From Veleropilina oligotropha (Eukaryota), in assembly GCA_048128005.1 (NCBI GenBank), contig JBEUKZ010000001.1:124001-147602 (forward strand): a DNA stretch of 23,602 nt. Direction: 5' to 3'. Position 1 is the first letter of the stretch, and the number at the start of each line of letters is the position of its first letter. The translations under genes and the position numbers were made by a program. The notes beneath the pieces are model-generated. The model ran no database searches, had not been told where the DNA came from, and was given only the letters and a program-made list of their open reading frames with translations. Below are positions 21,432 to 23,602 of the stretch, one piece after another.

Positions 21432-22731
21432 ATCACAAAGCTGCTAATTTGACATGGTCATCGCATTTTTTTGTTATCTAGAGGTACAAATGAGTGTAAA
21501 AATCACAACGGCGTTTTACCACTGTGAATGGTAGCAGTTCGTCCCACAGCTCATGGACTAAAATATCAGTTCATTTTATTGTAGGACATGTAATTAACGT
21601 GCATTTACTTGGATAATTTTCATTCCATGACGTATTTAGCTATTTGTGTCCGACATATCTGTTAAATGTCATTGAAAATTTCCCATGAATTTTAAATATA
21701 TCTTGTCACATTTTGACGAATTTATATTCAATGCCTGGTTTGCATTTCTGAAAAATGAGAAGGGTAAACAACTTTTCAAAGTCATCCTTTATTCATTCAC
21801 GGTACCACTTAACGAAGACTGTGATATCAATGAAACGCTGTCTCTATTTTAAGCTAGATATAAAATGTCAAACGTGCTAAATTACAAATAGACTTTAATG
21901 ATAAGTACGCTCATCTATATTATATTGTATACAAGAGCTTTAATTTATAATTTATTAACCTCAAATAGACACAAACTATTTATTAATGTACAGATGCTGT
22001 TGTCGATATTTATACGTTTCTTTATTAGCACACATTGACTTGTCTTAACGGCTTGTTTCGTTGTAAATATGATAAACCTGGTTCGTAAATGCAAGTATTT
22101 ATTACATCTATAACGGGAATCTTTGATGACGTAGTTACGAACCGATTCTTACTATGCTTACACAATGCTTGTTGTTACCATGCTAACGTCCACTCTTTGA
22201 CGCGCGACATAACTGATCCTTTCTCCATATAATTGTATTCTAGCCTGGATATATTACATTAATGCACAATGCGATGTAAAACAAGCAACGTAATAAACAG
22301 AAATTAAGTCTGCAATTTGATAACCTTTATTATAATTACACTTTATTAATCGGTCATCTTCATTTTTCATGTCTAGTTGGCGATGAAGTTTGATCCATGA
22401 AGTTATATCGATTAAGGTCGAAAATGAAGGTGAAACATTTAGAAATGATGCCCAAGACAGAAGGATTCAAAAACGTTTTCCCTCATAAACTGTGTATTGT
22501 TTTAGCCATATACTTTTGTACTTACCCCTGGACAGGTGTAAAATTCATTTTTTCGCTGATATTAGAGAAAGATCAGATTCACATTGTGGGTCATATGCAT
22601 TAAGCCTAACTGTCATTTTATGGTGTATATTGTTGTACACTGAAAGTAACCGACTACTGTATAGTTTCTTGTATCAAATTAGCGAAATTCGTTCATTGTG
22701 TGATGGTCATTATAGGATGGTTACTAAATAA

Positions 22732-23330
22732 GGCCGTGTTCCCACCAAGTCTGAACTTATCTATCGGTAAAATTTAAACCGATGCAGTTGTTCTCACCAA
22801 AAGTTAAAACGGTCAGCTTATAATTGTTGGCAACTTGCCGGTTACTGTTGCAGATGAAATAACAGATGGCGACACTTGCAGTCACGTGACAGATCGTCAG
22901 AAGTGACAATGCTGCCGTGACGTCACTATACTGCAATACGGATATATGCAAAGTAGTCTCGGACGTATTTTATCAATTGCATCAATTTAAAATAACATAT
23001 TCATCACCTGTGTTGACAGAGTGACGTGTAATGACTAAACTTCAGAAACTTATGTCTAGAAAAACTACAGTTATCATGGCAAACATACGTTGTTTATGTT
23101 CCTAGCTATTATTTCAGAAAATGATGAAAGCAATTATCGTGAGACCAGAACTGCTCCGAAGGCTGCTGCACCCGCACATGCACGTGCGCAAGTGTTCCCA
23201 CCGAGTTAAAATTGATCGGCTTAACTTTTAAAGTTCATTTTTTCGATAATGTATTTTTGAAGGTTCAAATTTTAATCCGATTACCCGATTTAGCGTGTTC
23301 ACACCGAGTTTGAACCTACCGATTTTTTTT
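22732..23330 (+). mobile_element. Orphan left end of a Harbinger-like element
   Basis: TAA is followed by GGCCGTGTTCCCACC. The motif TGTTCHCACC recurs at 22789, 23193 and 23296 (22735-22758 vs 23294-23317 match 20/24). No inverted partner end lies in the window. Confidence 0.5.
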
Positions 23331-23552
23331 TTCAATTTCGTGTTTATTGCCTTAACAAATACATGTTTTTTGGCATATAACATATTTCTATAATACAGAC
23401 AGGTGTTTATAGTTTCTAGAATAACAAGAACAATAAATTTACAAAACAATTAAGTCGGGCACACATTACCAAAACAATATTCATACTAATCTTCATGACT
23501 CAACTGATAAATGACGAAATGTTTCAATAATTCGTATCGTATTAATATATTA

Positions 23553-23602
23553 ATACATACATATATATATATATATATACACACATACATATATATATAT
23601 AT
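23553..23602. repeat. (TA)/(CA)/(TACA) compound microsatellite running off the right edge
   Basis: Directly visible. Confidence 0.95.

Larger units (their letters stand above)
19146..21560 (-). mobile_element. AcademX DNA transposon deletion derivative with both termini (2415 bp)
   Basis: TIRs TAGTACATGAGCTG (19146) / CAGCTCATGGACTA (21560), 13/14. Both ends share the subterminal motif TGCTACCA.T...AGTGG.AAA. 3-bp TSD AAA at 19143-19145 and 21561-21563. A decayed transposase/XPG-like coding region lies inside. Confidence 0.85.

Overview
AT-rich eukaryotic non-coding DNA, probably from a marine invertebrate (a mollusc or other lophotrochozoan, inferred from the repeat types only). I found no host gene, rRNA, true tRNA or CRISPR array. 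The window is a dense, nested set of transposable elements. (1) A decayed AcademX transposase (1-989) is interrupted by an internally deleted PIF/Harbinger element (990-2584), which itself carries a Tc1 remnant. (2) An old RTE LINE (3537-6265) is split by a younger 5'-truncated CR1-clade LINE (4006-5176). (3) There are three copies of a tRNA-derived SINE. (4) A 2.7-kb stack of five Harbinger-type MITEs (7905-10568) is joined at shared TTA/TAA target sites. It includes a tail-to-tail fusion, a self-insertion, and what looks like a decayed MADF/Myb-SANT gene start. (5) A tandem pair of hairpin-bearing, Crypton-like units lies at 12936-13625. (6) There is a ~670-bp (TA)n microsatellite. (7) A further Harbinger-like MITE and an orphan Harbinger-like end are present. 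(8) An AcademX deletion derivative has both TIRs, a 3-bp TSD and a 240-bp internal foldback (19146-21560). Superfamily calls come from reading motifs by eye and need Dfam/Repbase/HMM confirmation. I see no evidence for a wholly new gene system. The self-stacking MITE array is the most unusual structure.
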